64,000 bases of DNA from Phoronis australis (lineage: Eukaryota > Animalia > Phoronida). Numbering within the stretch: the first letter of the stretch is position 1; the number at the start of each line of letters is the position of its first letter. Location of the stretch: contig NMRA01000007.1 in the NCBI GenBank assembly GCA_002633005.1, positions 1,908,569-1,972,568 of the forward strand. The letters are read 5' to 3'. Positions 54,001 to 63,678 of the stretch are shown one piece after another. A model generated the notes under the pieces. That model worked only from the letters and a program-made list of their open reading frames with translations. It did not search any database and was not told where the DNA came from. A program made the translations under genes and the position numbers.

Positions 54001-57000
54001 AAAAACGTACGAAGTAACTGCGTCAAAAAAGACCCAGAAAATGTGGATATCTGAATGACCAGCACAATGGATTTGTACTTTTATCTTTCCATGAAACTAC
54101 AAGTTCAAACTTACACTCCTGCCATGACTGCCTCTCAGCAGGGGGTCTCATATGATCTTGTAACAGTTGCATCTGTAGGTCCTCTTCGCATCGTTCATAA
54201 TCCGTCACCTTCATAGGCTTATTAAGGTACTTCTTGGGCGAGTGCAAGGTCTCTGACGTGGCTACAATTTCATCATGACAATCAAATTACACCTGACTAA
54301 ATGTCATCTTCCTACAAAATTATAACTGAAGGAAAGGGAAATTCTGAAAACGGCAGTTGTCTGTTGCATACAGAACTGGAGCAATGAGCTTACTTGAGCC
54401 TGCATTGACAGACTGCATCAGACAAAATTGCTGGAGGATTTCAGTTTTGTAAAAATGAAAAGCCAAAACTCCCATTCCTAATAACAAGGGCATCAATAAT
54501 GACAGAATTAATGGAAGCGCCAAAAGTTGCATGTACTTTACAAACATTATTAGATATTGTTCAGTAATAAAGGTTTGTAAGCAGTCAACATCTACCTGCA
54601 TAAAACAAAATTAGTAAATCTATTGTAAGCTCAAATGACTCGTTTATTCAGAAAACACGAATTGACAATATCATCAGCTTAGTAGCCAATGACACAAGTA
54701 AGACAACGAACACAAGCTGAAGGTTACCTGGAGTGATGACACCCTTGGCGAGTTCCAAAAGTAGGTGCACTTGACGTGGTGACAAAAATGCATTGAAGGA
54801 CACCAGGTCACACGCAAAGGACAACTGAAATAATGTTACAGTGAGATGATCTTGCCATTTTGTCCAAATAAAGAATGGTCATACAGAGGCACTTTTTAAA
54901 GGCACAATAGTCTTCATGTCAAACAAAGTCTACTTCAAATACAGCAAATAAGTCTTTGTTAGACAATGTAAAGTATCACATAGAGTTCACATATGGTGGG
55001 GAGAAGCAATTTTACCTGTTTTTGAAATTCTTTGAGGTTATCGTACAATTAAACTGTAATTGTTGTTCAACGAATTCACCCATAAAAAAGCACACATTAC
55101 AAGAAAAAAATAAACTACATTAAACCTTCATCAACTTGCCCTATCCTGTTCAACAAAATCTGAAATTTGACACACCAGATATTGCTTTCCTGTCTCCCAC
55201 AACACTGAACTTTTCTATGAATAGGGGGTGTGTTGTTATTGAGAGTAGTACTATTTCAATGTAACACGAGAACCGTATTTATCACCAGTCTACAAACAAC
55301 ATTATAAGAGTAAAAAAATCTCAGCACATACTTTTGGTCCTGACAAAGCATCATTCTGCTTAATTTTGAACTTAAGCTTCTGTTGTCCACTAAATTTTGT
55401 AATTAACACCGGGTCTGAGTCGACCACCGGCTGACCCATCTCTGGACCCTGTAGCGGACTGAAGTCATCCAAATCAGGAGAGTGGGACACACTGGAAGTC
55501 TGCAAAATAATTTCGCGAATATAACTTGGTTTAAACAAAGATTCACAGTAACGCGGTGAATTTAAATAATAAATTTTAACAAGATTATAACAACTGTCCC
55601 TGTCGAGTGAAGAGTTCTTGAATTTTGGTTAAAAGCTAAATTTTCCTGCAAGTGTTGAGTACAGAATCAGTCAGGTGCCCAGATTAATGAGGAGGGCACT
55701 AAAATGAGAAACTGAAATTTTGGCGACAGGCATTAAGTTAAACAGAACACAGTGTGAACATTTAAAAGTGAAACTGTTTAAAATATTGGGGAGGATATTT
55801 AAACTGAACATGGCCGTTAACCATGACAAGAATGAATTTTCAGAACAAAATTCCTAAGCCAACAATCAACTTACTTTCTTTTCATAGAAGGAAGACTTCA
55901 TCTCCCTAGACTGTTTTGAGAACTCGTCTGAATAAAGCATCATTTCATAAATGTGAAAGATCTTATTGGCCACAGCAACCGGTTCATACTGCGTCTTCAC
56001 TTCACTAGTCGGATTCCTGAGTGACTCATCAGCGTTCTCATCAAAGTAGTTAATCCTGAAGAATACAAATTCAAAACTAAAAAGAATAACCTCACCATAA
56101 CACTTGATAGGGCCATGAAACAGCATAGGTGTGTTTAGGCTGCAAGGCTGGGCCCATTACACCAATCACCTGATTATGACTCATGGGGAACTGACATCAT
56201 CGGTTTCCTCATGGGTAAAATCTTCCAATCTGCCTGTTTGTTTCAGAAAGATAGAAAGACTATTAAACCTGAATGAACTACCAATGTCAGCCAGATGGGT
56301 TATGTGTCCATCAAGTAGTAGATTACGGTGTCTATTGTAGGCACGGCAAATCTCTACATGTTGAGCAGCCTCGGCCTCCAAGCCACAGTTGGGACAAAAT
56401 GAAAATGCCATGTGGCCTGTGATATTACGATGCCAAGTTAAGCTACAGTGTCCAGTAATAACATGTGTGAGTATAATTATCATAACGTATAACAATAACA
56501 CATTTCACAAAATTTGAACAAGGCCAGCCAAACCTCGCCATACATTACCTTTTAATGCGAACCTCCAGAGCAACTCCTAGTTGAGCCTCCTTGGGCAGGT
56601 GTTCCAACCTGACAACTGTGTCTGTGAGGACAACCTTGATCTTAGTAAGCACTGGAATGTAACAAAGAAACGGAACTAATTGGTGCTAAGTTACGTACTC
56701 TGAGAAATTACACAAGTCCGCTATATTATGCCCTGAGAGATTGTTTTATAAAAAGTTAAATGCACGAGAACACTCACTTAGCAGAATTTAATAGATTTTT
56801 TACAATGTTTATCATGAAAAATATTACGTACAATATTTGGAATTAAGCCCAGAAAGCATTGGGACTGTCCAGATTTTAGATATGAGAAACTTGGTCCATT
56901 TCAACAACAGAGTTGTACAAGGACCACTAGTGTCATCAACTCTCAATATCACAAACACTGATCTGAGTTCCTTTCTGTGCAAGAGAGCAATTACCACTTT

Positions 57001-59699
57001 AGCAACACGTTCGCAATAATAAAAAACTGGCAGATAGGAATATTGTAATATTGTGGATTGAAGATGGTGATTTTTCAAACTTTTTGGCTTCTGAGATTGA
57101 ATTCCACAAGAATAGTTATGACAAGGTTAATTTTCCATGAAGATGTATGATAAAAATCTGACAGCCAAAATGACATAATACTGGATTCGTTTTTTTGACA
57201 ACTGTTTCAGCTGTGACATGTTTACCCAAGTGTATTGGGATTAAGTGACTCTCTGTAACACGGTGAAGAATTGGCTTGTGAGGCATGACGTTAGACAAAA
57301 GATTGCAGGAATGCTTAACAATGGACTAGATTAATATCTCAATTCAGAAATCACTTTCATTTGGATTTGAGGATAAACGAGACGCATTTCTAGCATGCAA
57401 ACCATAGCTAAACACATGTAAAAACTTTCATAGCAAAAACGATACACTGCGCAAACCTGTATCAATGGTTCCTGCAAACTCCTGCAGCCCTTCGTAAGAG
57501 TCTGTGGTTTGTTGTTGCGGACTAGGCACTTCTTGTTTCAATATGTCTTCAGCCACATGCAGAGAGTCCATACTCGTGGTCATTGAGCTCATCATTGACT
57601 CAAACATGGCACCAGGGGTCACTACCAGACAAGCACAACAGTTCATACAGCTACACAAAATTTCTACAATCACAGGTTTCTGAAAAATCTATTGCCAATA
57701 ATGGCATACTTTGGAGGTAAAATTAGAACATTTTGATAGCTTACCAAAAGCAATGAGCCCACATATAAATATATGGGTGCATAGATGGTATACACTGTTA
57801 AAGGCAAAAGCCTATGAAAACGAAGAGTGGTATGGTGCATTCATACATCAAAAAATAAAATACATGTGTTATGAAAGAAATTTTAAAATGTGACACAAAC
57901 TCTTAAAAGCTTTCAGAAGCACAAAAGAAAGTAACTGTCACCAACACCTTGTTTAATTTATCATTTGTTTCCTCTTTCTACAAAATTACCATAAAAAACA
58001 ACATGCTAATTTCCAAATGTAGGTCCCATGGTTTAGTTTCAGAAATAAGCAGTATTTAGATTATCATAGTCTTCATATCAATCCAAACTCTTCTGCGTTT
58101 GTCACTGTTCATATATCACTTACTGTTGGCTTCCGCTCTTTGTTTTGGTTGGATGGTCAATTCTAAGCCCTGAACTTCAACATCAGTGTTATCATTAATC
58201 AATGTTGACCATGGAATACAGACAGATATACTACCGACGAATCCATCAATAATTTCAAACGGAACTTGTAAGTTGTTGAGAGTCTCATTAAGTGCCTGAA
58301 ACATAAACATAAGTTCCTAAACCAAGCAGTCAATTTCAAATGAGCAAATTAACAAGGGTGGAGGAATGATTAGTGTAAGAGTTATGACATGATGAGATGA
58401 GCAACTATCATATAGTTTCATTATACGACACTGGTTTGCAATTACTCCATGGACTAGGGACATACTAGGGACATCGCCCGCACATTGACAATTCAGGCCA
58501 CAGCCCTTTTGCTATTCATAAATCAAGAGACTGATAGTTGTCCCACAATAATTTCAAAACTTCAGTCACAAGACTGGCGTTTGAGAATGTTAAATACAGA
58601 CCTATCGCTGCATAGAGAACACATACATGGATGACATTAGTTCCTTTTGAAAGTCCATAACTTTGAGTATCTGAGTTTAATTCATTGTTACTCAGCATGT
58701 GCCTGGTTCTCAAAATCAAAGTCGGAGACCACCAAAAGGGATTAATCCCATGGGGAGAGAAAGGGTGAGAACTTGAAACACTCGCCTGCTAACTAGAACT
58801 GCAACAAAAAACTGCACACCTTTTCCTGGCACCATTCTGCTCTCCTGAACACAGAATGCGAGTATAAATAACTGTAAATTGGTTCCTTATTTAAAACTTC
58901 TAAGTCAGCCTTCTGCTAAAAATTAGGTCACTAACAATCATGTCATTTGGTTCTTACAAAAACTAGAGGCAACTTATTAGCTTGGACAGAACGTTATTGC
59001 AAGAGACCAGGCTCAACAAGGTGGCTCGTCACGGTAAATAATTTTATGTCCTGAGTATGTTCTCAAACAATTACAAGCAGCCAGTTGTCTCCAAATCTAG
59101 CGAACCACTTCTCATTTAGATAATGAGACCAGTTTTGTGACAGTAAGTCATCAACAAAAGTCTGTATCTTTGACCCCCAACGTGGATTAGCTGTCAGTTT
59201 GTTTCCAAGCAAACATGAACACGTCAAAGAGCGATTCCCAATTCATAACATGCTCACAATTTAATAATAATTTCAGTTTGTCAAACTCAGTGAGTGAAAA
59301 TGATTTGATGACCATGCCTTTAAACTCCATCAACAATCCCCTAAACTCCACTCGTGTGCCCACGGTCCAAAACTGGAGTTTGGTCATCCCGTATGTGAAA
59401 TTTTCAGTCCCTTCACAGAGGGGTGCGGATCATATGGAATTTAGTTTTGGTATTTGGACTGCGGTTAAGAGGTTCAAAGATGGAAATTAGATTCATGGCC
59501 ACGGAGTTGTTTCCAAGTCTTGTAACTATACCCCAACATCCAACAGCACGTCGTGGATTGTTCCTTTCCCATTGTAAATATCAACACTCAGCTGATCCAG
59601 TGAAAGTTTCTCTTTCAGAAAGTGCCCCAGATAGTGTTGAAGAAGGTATCTGCAAGCTCGCTTCTTGATCGAATCCGACCACGGGAAATACCAAGGCAT
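12007..59699 (-). CDS. ATG2: Autophagy-related protein 2 (ATG2A/B homolog), complete, 39 coding exons, 6117 nt including stop = 2038 aa
   Basis: All exons are GT-AG and phase-compatible: 59532-59699, 58124-58295, 57457-57621, 56549-56651, 55875-56055, 55332-55499, 54728-54824, 54115-54261, 53277-53393, 52000-52098, 50139-50415, 49593-49779, 40296-40421, 38639-38827, 37513-37607, 36736-36902, 36108-36216, 34823-34985, 33859-34001, 32976-33154, 32236-32390, 31318-31468, 30536-30702, 27441-27628, 27021-27113, 26389-26459, 25497-25564, 24602-24781, 23420-23516, 22104-22288, 20035-20251, 19023-19159, 18259-18426, 16712-16816, 15530-15877, 14696-14900, 13508-13662, 12735-12875, 12007-12240. Diagnostic segments: chorein-N start MPWYFPWSDSIKKRACRYLLQHYLGHFL, RFPVPDLR..PWW, CAD region (LHIHLSHCRIDYRPLHLP), SPDVPIKLDYKGK, LPVEQYRKDGRIIRGLQRGA, and C-terminal GAVGGVVRQIPP..EATSNVLGGMRNQLQP. 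Confidence 0.96.
17013..17233. other. Assembly gap (221 N)
   Basis: Run of N inside the ATG2 intron between exons 16712-16816 and 18259-18426. The flanking exons join in phase, so no coding exon needs to be hidden. Confidence 0.99.
17234..17362. repeat. 52-bp tandem repeat abutting the gap
   Basis: TGACAATCCTTCCAGTACAGTAAAGTTGTTACAAAACAGGATGACATATCAT, about 2.5 copies visible, probably continuing into the gap. Confidence 0.9.
18186..18243. repeat. (CA)n microsatellite interrupted by CAGT
   Basis: Reads as (TG)n on the ATG2 pre-mRNA, just downstream of the exon 33 donor. Confidence 0.9.
19486..19563. repeat. (AYAGCC)n hexamer repeat
   Basis: ATAGCC and ACAGCC units in tandem. Confidence 0.85.
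24971..25050 (-). mobile_element. tRNA-derived SINE head, copy 2 (5' truncated)
   Basis: Minus strand CTAGACCATCTGCACAGTTAGCAGAAGGTCACGGGTTCGAGTCCCGG with an intact B-box GGTTCGAGTCC. Shares flanking sequence with copy 1. Confidence 0.6.
25780..25960. repeat. Dispersed repeat with a second copy at about 56860-57040
   Basis: TCAATATCAGGAACACTGATCTAGTTTCTTCTGTG..AATAAAAATACTGGC aligns by eye with TCAATATCACAAACACTGATCTGAGTTCCTTTCTGTG..AATAAAAAACTGGC, same orientation. Confidence 0.65.
34040..34640 (+). mobile_element. Helentron/HINE-like non-autonomous element
   Basis: Short subterminal inverted repeat AAGTCTG (34062) / CAGACTT (34607), then the palindrome AGGTTACATGTAACCT (34621-34636) and TAGTTT. 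The internal ATATCTCAGAAATGACTGGCCAGATTCAAATGAAACTT resembles invertebrate HINE cores as I recall them. Confidence 0.4.
39144..39338. mobile_element. MITE with about 55-bp imperfect TIRs and TA ends (Tc1/mariner-type)
   Basis: TAGACCTTATTCATGCAGTCAACATTTTAAAAGTGAGCCTCTT.. versus the reverse complement of the right end, TACACCTCATTCATGCTGTCGGCATTTTAAACGTGAGCCTCTT.. Confidence 0.7.
39883..40150. repeat. Degenerate tandem repeat with a CAACAGATACACAAA core
   Basis: Repeated TATCAACAGATACACAAA(G/C)AGA units. A compositionally similar tract lies at about 36910-37080. Confidence 0.75.
43188..43311. repeat. 40-bp perfect tandem repeat, 3 copies
   Basis: CATTTGTTTTAGGCCAAGAGATGAGTATGAACTTCAAAAT, three identical copies. 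Confidence 0.95.
44482..47028 (+). CDS. LRR and fibronectin type III single-pass transmembrane protein (FLRT-like architecture), one coding exon, nested antisense in an ATG2 intron
   Basis: 848-aa ORF: signal peptide (..GVSNA), LRRNT CPAPSPCEC..C, roughly 16-18 typical LRRs, LRRCT LVCDCHMKWL..CASPP..C, Thr/Pro-rich stalk, FN3 (ITIQWKV..YTIQNLSPKTKYSLCV), TM IIVGSVIGAVVLVGLIIAGVIGIIYF followed by SRKRK, and a Tyr-motif tail. An acceptor ttttgtag ends at 44462, just upstream of the ATG. Confidence 0.93.
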   Translation: MSRRRTACELLLFCVALNLSIGVSNAECPAPSPCECQPSLNNQYRVIYCKGRRLTTVPTFSPSNEVFYELTLADNGITSIPDNAFVGLNVQIIDLRGNRITTFSNNCFVGLNKTLELFLESDNLAFPRQALLPLSGLTKLTLTKFNIPTLPDNAFSHMTSLESLTIEHSQMANINTSALVGVENSLQKLDLSNNLFTSLPYITHAISTLANIQSLSLQFLPVSEIQANTFSKLPRLERLLLSHCSIATIQPGAFRNMTNLKYLGLDHNQLKGDVPTEISMLTNLEELYLSYNQIANVPDRLFTGMSKLAYLTFHSNKISSVRTQMWTGVENSLRTLILSKNKIVTVSDGPFQNLHYLEDLQLGEQDMSSVLSNTTFKGLEKSLKRLKLNEVNFNYSQWPVLQTLTGLRTLSLHDNQLTMIPDMAFKSMSLLETLDLAHNSIQTLTQRGMFGLQNSLEKITLRANPITSIGECVFYEFVALKEIEMISVNTLVCDCHMKWLRESKTIQLGLLSPKCASPPQHKDKEFRKIEASLLVCHNSTVNQSCTTLKSTVTPSTKKPTTPQQRTTTNKPATTTAELETAKPPFVRGLRIIGVELKPKQITIQWKVANTANLLGFKVNHRPESNSKEIWSRTLDTGQREYTIQNLSPKTKYSLCVNVVLIGQKLEELSRVCQISETKDVERTDNNNGGSNDRLTGIIVGSVIGAVVLVGLIIAGVIGIIYFSRKRKGNELGHFTGHEGGGVPMKDLPHIGVQSKGFTRRSVDDQGAVGGYDNGAFYETTPDGKTSDTQKNNKQLPPNNRDSNPRYVKKPDSIKGRGYIDKDGYVNPAGPRPAAPDEHKYYEIQSVHI
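51555..51860. repeat. Degenerate minisatellite with a CCAGACAG core
   Basis: Many 12-15-bp units containing CCAGACAG(A)GTG, with a higher-order repeat (CAGTGAATCCAGACAGAGTGCACTTTGACAGAAT twice plus a diverged copy). Confidence 0.9.
52359..52553. mobile_element. MITE of a GGG..GTTYCA TIR family
   Basis: GACCCCGTTCCAAGAAAA / TTTTCTTGGAACAGGCCC. Related TIR pairs at about 27681-27926 and 35038-35303. Confidence 0.55.
56181..56420 (-). mobile_element. 3'-terminal fragment of a non-LTR retrotransposon ORF2 in an ATG2 intron
   Basis: Translation FCPNCGLEAEAAQHVEICRAYNRHRNLL...SIFLKQTGRL resembles the C-terminal CCHC knuckle and FLKxTG end of LINE RT proteins. It is not needed for the ATG2 frame. 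Confidence 0.6.
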
Positions 59700-61004
59700 A
59701 TTAGCAGCGGCTTTTTTGCCTTCCTGAAATCAATCCGTGCAAGCAAACCGTAGTTTTGTGCAATTCATTGTCGTGCAAACCTCCCTTTTCTTTTCTCCAA
59801 AATAAAAACTGACGTCACATGTGGAGTTCGCTAATGTTTTGAGATAGAATTGTCATATGTGATTCAATTAGATACCTTCGATTACAGCTGATAACGTGTG
59901 TTATTGATTCATTGTAGTAATCTACACATTTATGCACCAAAAATAAGCTTTGATCTACATTTTATAAAAAATTGTATACTTTCATGTTAGTTTTCATTTT
60001 TGTATTTTATTTATTAGTCGAAATCTAATTCTGTACGCACTTATGAGTTACCATTTCCGTTTCTGGTTTCAGCGGCAAGTTGAACTTCCAACAAGGTTTT
60101 CTGATTTCGCATTGATTCTTACAAAAAGGTAGATAATTATAAATTAAGATTTGAAGGGAAAGTATCAATTCACTATATAAGTGACGTTCTAGGCATGTTA
60201 GGGCAACCACTGTCACTGTATTGAGTTGAATTCCAGTGACAGTGACGGGGTGGCCAGCCAGCTAGCCTTGGTTGGTACAATTACTACAAAGCTGTATACT
60301 AGATATACAGCTTTGAACCGATGTGGGTAAAAAGTGGCAAGATAAAATCTGACAAACAATTAGTGTCAGGTAATTGTTTACAATATGACGACATTGACCT
60401 ACACACATGATTTTGCTATCGTTCGATTCCTCGCAACATTATCTTTCCAAAAATATATGAATTTATCCCCTACTGGTTTTCCTCTGTACTTTATCGTCGA
60501 ATTTCGGTTCGCACTATTTCCGGGTTGACACCGCCATGTTAGCTTTACTAAAGATTACAGCGACACCTGTTGTTAATGAATGAAACGGCGTCATCGATTC
60601 TGAATGGTGTTTGCGCGAGATTACTCCTAAAGTTTTCCTGACATAATATGGAGGAACAAGTAGCAGCATTTCGCCTGTTCCAATTTTTTTATAATTGTGA
60701 CTATTTGACCATTTTTCCACGAAATTGTCTGAAGTGATACCAGTTTCACCAATACGGACCTCAAAAACAAGTTCCACTTTTTTCGCGGTTTCGTGCTAAC
60801 AGATGCGTACCAGGGTTACTATAGGATCGAATTCGAACCCTTGGCACCGTAACTCGGGCGGGGGATAGACAACAGGGCTTGGAATTTTCCGCGGAAACGC
60901 GGATTTCCGCTTTTTTCAAATATTCTGTCCGCGCATTTTATTATATTTCTGCGTAAAAAAATCGGGATTTGATATAAAATTTCCGCTGCAAATTCCTTTC
61001 TTAC

Positions 61005-61240
61005 CGTGGTGCTGCCGACGACGTTCACCTCGAAAAGCGGAAGTTGCTCTTTATGTTTCGGAGGAACGTAAATTGTCAACATTGCCGGGGCATCTAGGAT
61101 AGCGTGGTGGGATTTTCAATGGCGTCTCGTGTGATTGCAAACTGCGGTGACAAATACTACGGCTCCGCAGCCAAAAATGTGTGGGGGTGGGAGTGGAGGA
61201 GTGGATAGACGAGATAAAAAGACGCAGACGCATGCTACTG
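61005..61240 (-). other. Putative non-coding first exon of ATG2
   Basis: The first coding exon has an acceptor (tttcag, exon from 59723) 24 nt upstream of the ATG, so an upstream exon is expected. A good donor (ACG|GTAAGA) lies at 61005 in the CpG-rich region. The 5' end is approximate. Confidence 0.5.
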
Positions 61241-61480
61241 ATGGTGGTAACGTTGTTCTTTTTTTTTAGTCCTACCGATTTTTGTCGGCGAAAGGTTCAC
61301 ATCGACTATTTCAATGCTGGGTAGCGCGCATGTTTTGGGCCGTAAAAGTTTCCGCGTGTTTTGTCATTGGTCATTCCAAGTCTCGGTCAATTTGACCTTA
61401 TAAAAAGTGACGATCTATAGAAGTCGGTAGATTAGTTAAGTTTTTGACTGCCAGGTGACTCGTTCCATTCAACATGGCGG
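61240..61480. promoter_or_regulatory. Putative bidirectional promoter shared by ATG2 (-) and VPS72 (+)
   Basis: CpG-enriched zone about 60.5-62.2 kb. Minus-strand donor G|GTAAG at 61005/61004 pairs with an acceptor before 59723. Plus-strand donor CCG|GTAAAT at 61498/61499. YY1-like AACATGGCGG at 61471-61480 and TATAAAA near 61399. Transcription starts are inferred. Confidence 0.55.
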
Positions 61481-62264
61481 TATTACTACCGCGTACCGGT
61501 AAATAGTGCGAGCAGAAATTTCACAATAAAATATTAAAAGACGGGGCAGGAAGAATTTCGGTGTATTTTTGGAAAGATAACTTTGCAAGGAATCAAACGA
61601 TACCAAAATCATATGTGTAAGTCAATGTCGTCATATTGTAAACAATTATCTAGTGTCATTAAAAACTACAGTCTTCCTTGAGAAAATTAAATTATTTAAC
61701 GGTGTTGGAAAAATGGCATTTTACTGTTATTCTGTTGTGGAGTGATCTTTAGCGACGGTTTTCGGCGCCATGAAATATTGCGTCACCTGTTGGCCAGTTT
61801 CTTTTTTTGCCAATTCTTCAATCAATTGTTGTTTTTTCACGAGGCTGCGTACACGTCACAACAAATTATCGGAACTGGTTTCACTTTATTATAAGTTTTT
61901 GGAATTTTGATACCAAAAATCAAATTTCAGAAGAAATTTTGGTGCTGCCAAGCTATCACCATCTCCCGAGAGATGTTGCAAAAATTTAGGAAATGGTGCG
62001 TGCTCGTGACACGAGCGTACTGTTTTCAAAACAACAACATACTTTTCATTCTTAGAAAAGGCAGAGTGTTACGGAAGAAAATGACGTTTATTGCATTGTT
62101 TTTCAATTAAACGGCTGTAACCGGAAAGGTGAGTGTCGGTTGATTCCCAGATTTTACATGCACGATGCACCCCATTCGGTCTTTAGCTTTACATGTTGAT
62201 ACAAGTTTCACGGCGAGGTGACGAGCAGAATTACCCTGGCTGTGTGCAATTTTGGGGTCTATGA

Positions 62265-62397
62265 AAGAAATACACACAGTGGTACCTAGCTGTATTTTGA
62301 CGACGGTCTTCATACAGCTAGCTGGCTGGTTACCAGCCAGCTAGCTATATGAAGACTATCGTCAAAATACAGCTAGGTACCACTGTGTGTTTTTCTT
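62265..62397. repeat. Near-perfect 133-bp palindrome (foldback element)
   Basis: 66-bp arms around a single T at 62331, with about 4 mismatches. Confidence 0.9.
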
Positions 62398-62759
62398 CCA
62401 TTTTTGGTGAAGTGTTCTTTCACAAACTGTTTTCAGTTGTTGTTTTAATCATCTTATTACCAGTAGGATGTACATCATTCCCTGTGTGTGCAGTATACTG
62501 GATAATATCAAAGAATTTTTTCTAAAACAAACTGTGTCCTAGGCAATAATCACTTACTGGAGTCCTGGATTTGAGAACCAGTTGGATGCCAGTTACTTAG
62601 TGGATAAAACTGGTTCTCAAGATGCGGGACCCCTGATTGACTATTGTGCGATCCTATGCCCCACAGCAAAAGCAACTAATTTGGTTTGTGACAGTTTACA
62701 CATTGCCTGTGAATGGTGCTCTTCTGTTACTTTTTAGTCCGTCTGTATACCTAGACACA

Positions 62760-63678
62760 ATGGCGGCCACACGTGAAAAGCGAGTTAATGCAGGCGCAAA
62801 AATGGGGAAACTACTAGAAGATGAAGAGGAAGATGACTTTTACAAAACGACGTATGGTGGATTTGAAGAGGTCAGTTAAATCCATCAGTTCTCTAGTCTT
62901 GTCTTTTATTAGAAGTAAAATACTTAATAGTGATATAGAGATTATGTGTAAATTTTTTTTTGGTATATACTTGAACAATCGCCATGTTGTCATTAGGGCC
63001 AGTATTAATCATCATTGATCGTGTCTTAATTGTATTTTGCACTCTGTTCTAGGTATGCTATCGGTTTTGTACTGTTTTTACGTTGGTTTGGCATTGTGTA
63101 ATCATTTACTAAAAGCATTATATCTGAGCATAAGGTTTTAAACTCAGTTGAGGTATTATTACATTTTTAGCATGGTTGCCTTTCGTGAAATTCATTGGGA
63201 ACATTGTGATGACTAGACATTTCATAGGCAGCTCTATACTTATCCGTGTGTCTCGGACCCTGTGAGCAGATTCACCTAGAGTAAATTTCACTTTTAATTG
63301 GTTGTTACTCCATTTTATTTAATGCAGTAGATTTCAAAAAGTAGATGGTTTTTGTTGAAATTCATCCGCTTCGTTGAAGTTATGGTGAAAATAAAAAGGG
63401 TATTCAGAGAATGAATAATACTAATGTTCAAAATTAGTTATATTAATTTGCTTCGAAATTTTGGCCATTTTTGATTTTGACGATTCATGAACTTTTTTGA
63501 GAACCACTCTGTCTGCATTTTTCAGGAAATGAACGATGATGATTTTGATTCGGAGCAGGAATCAGCGTCAGACATCTCTGACTCGGATATTGACATGTCT
63601 GAAAACGATGAAGTCAAAAGTGATCTAGAGGATGATGAGCCTAAACGGAAAAAGAGAGTCGTAACAAAAGCGTACAAG
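62760..63678 (+). CDS. VPS72: Vacuolar protein sorting-associated protein 72 homolog (YL1, H2A.Z chaperone of SRCAP/TIP60), first coding exons; gene continues past the window end
   Basis: Exons 62760-62870 (MAATREKRVNAGAKMGKLLEDEEEDDFYKTTYGGFEE|gtcagt) and 63526-63678 (EMNDDDFDSEQESASDISDSDIDMSENDEVKSDLEDDEPKRKKRVVTKAYK|gtcagt), both phase 0. This is the characteristic YL1 N-terminus. Confidence 0.93.
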
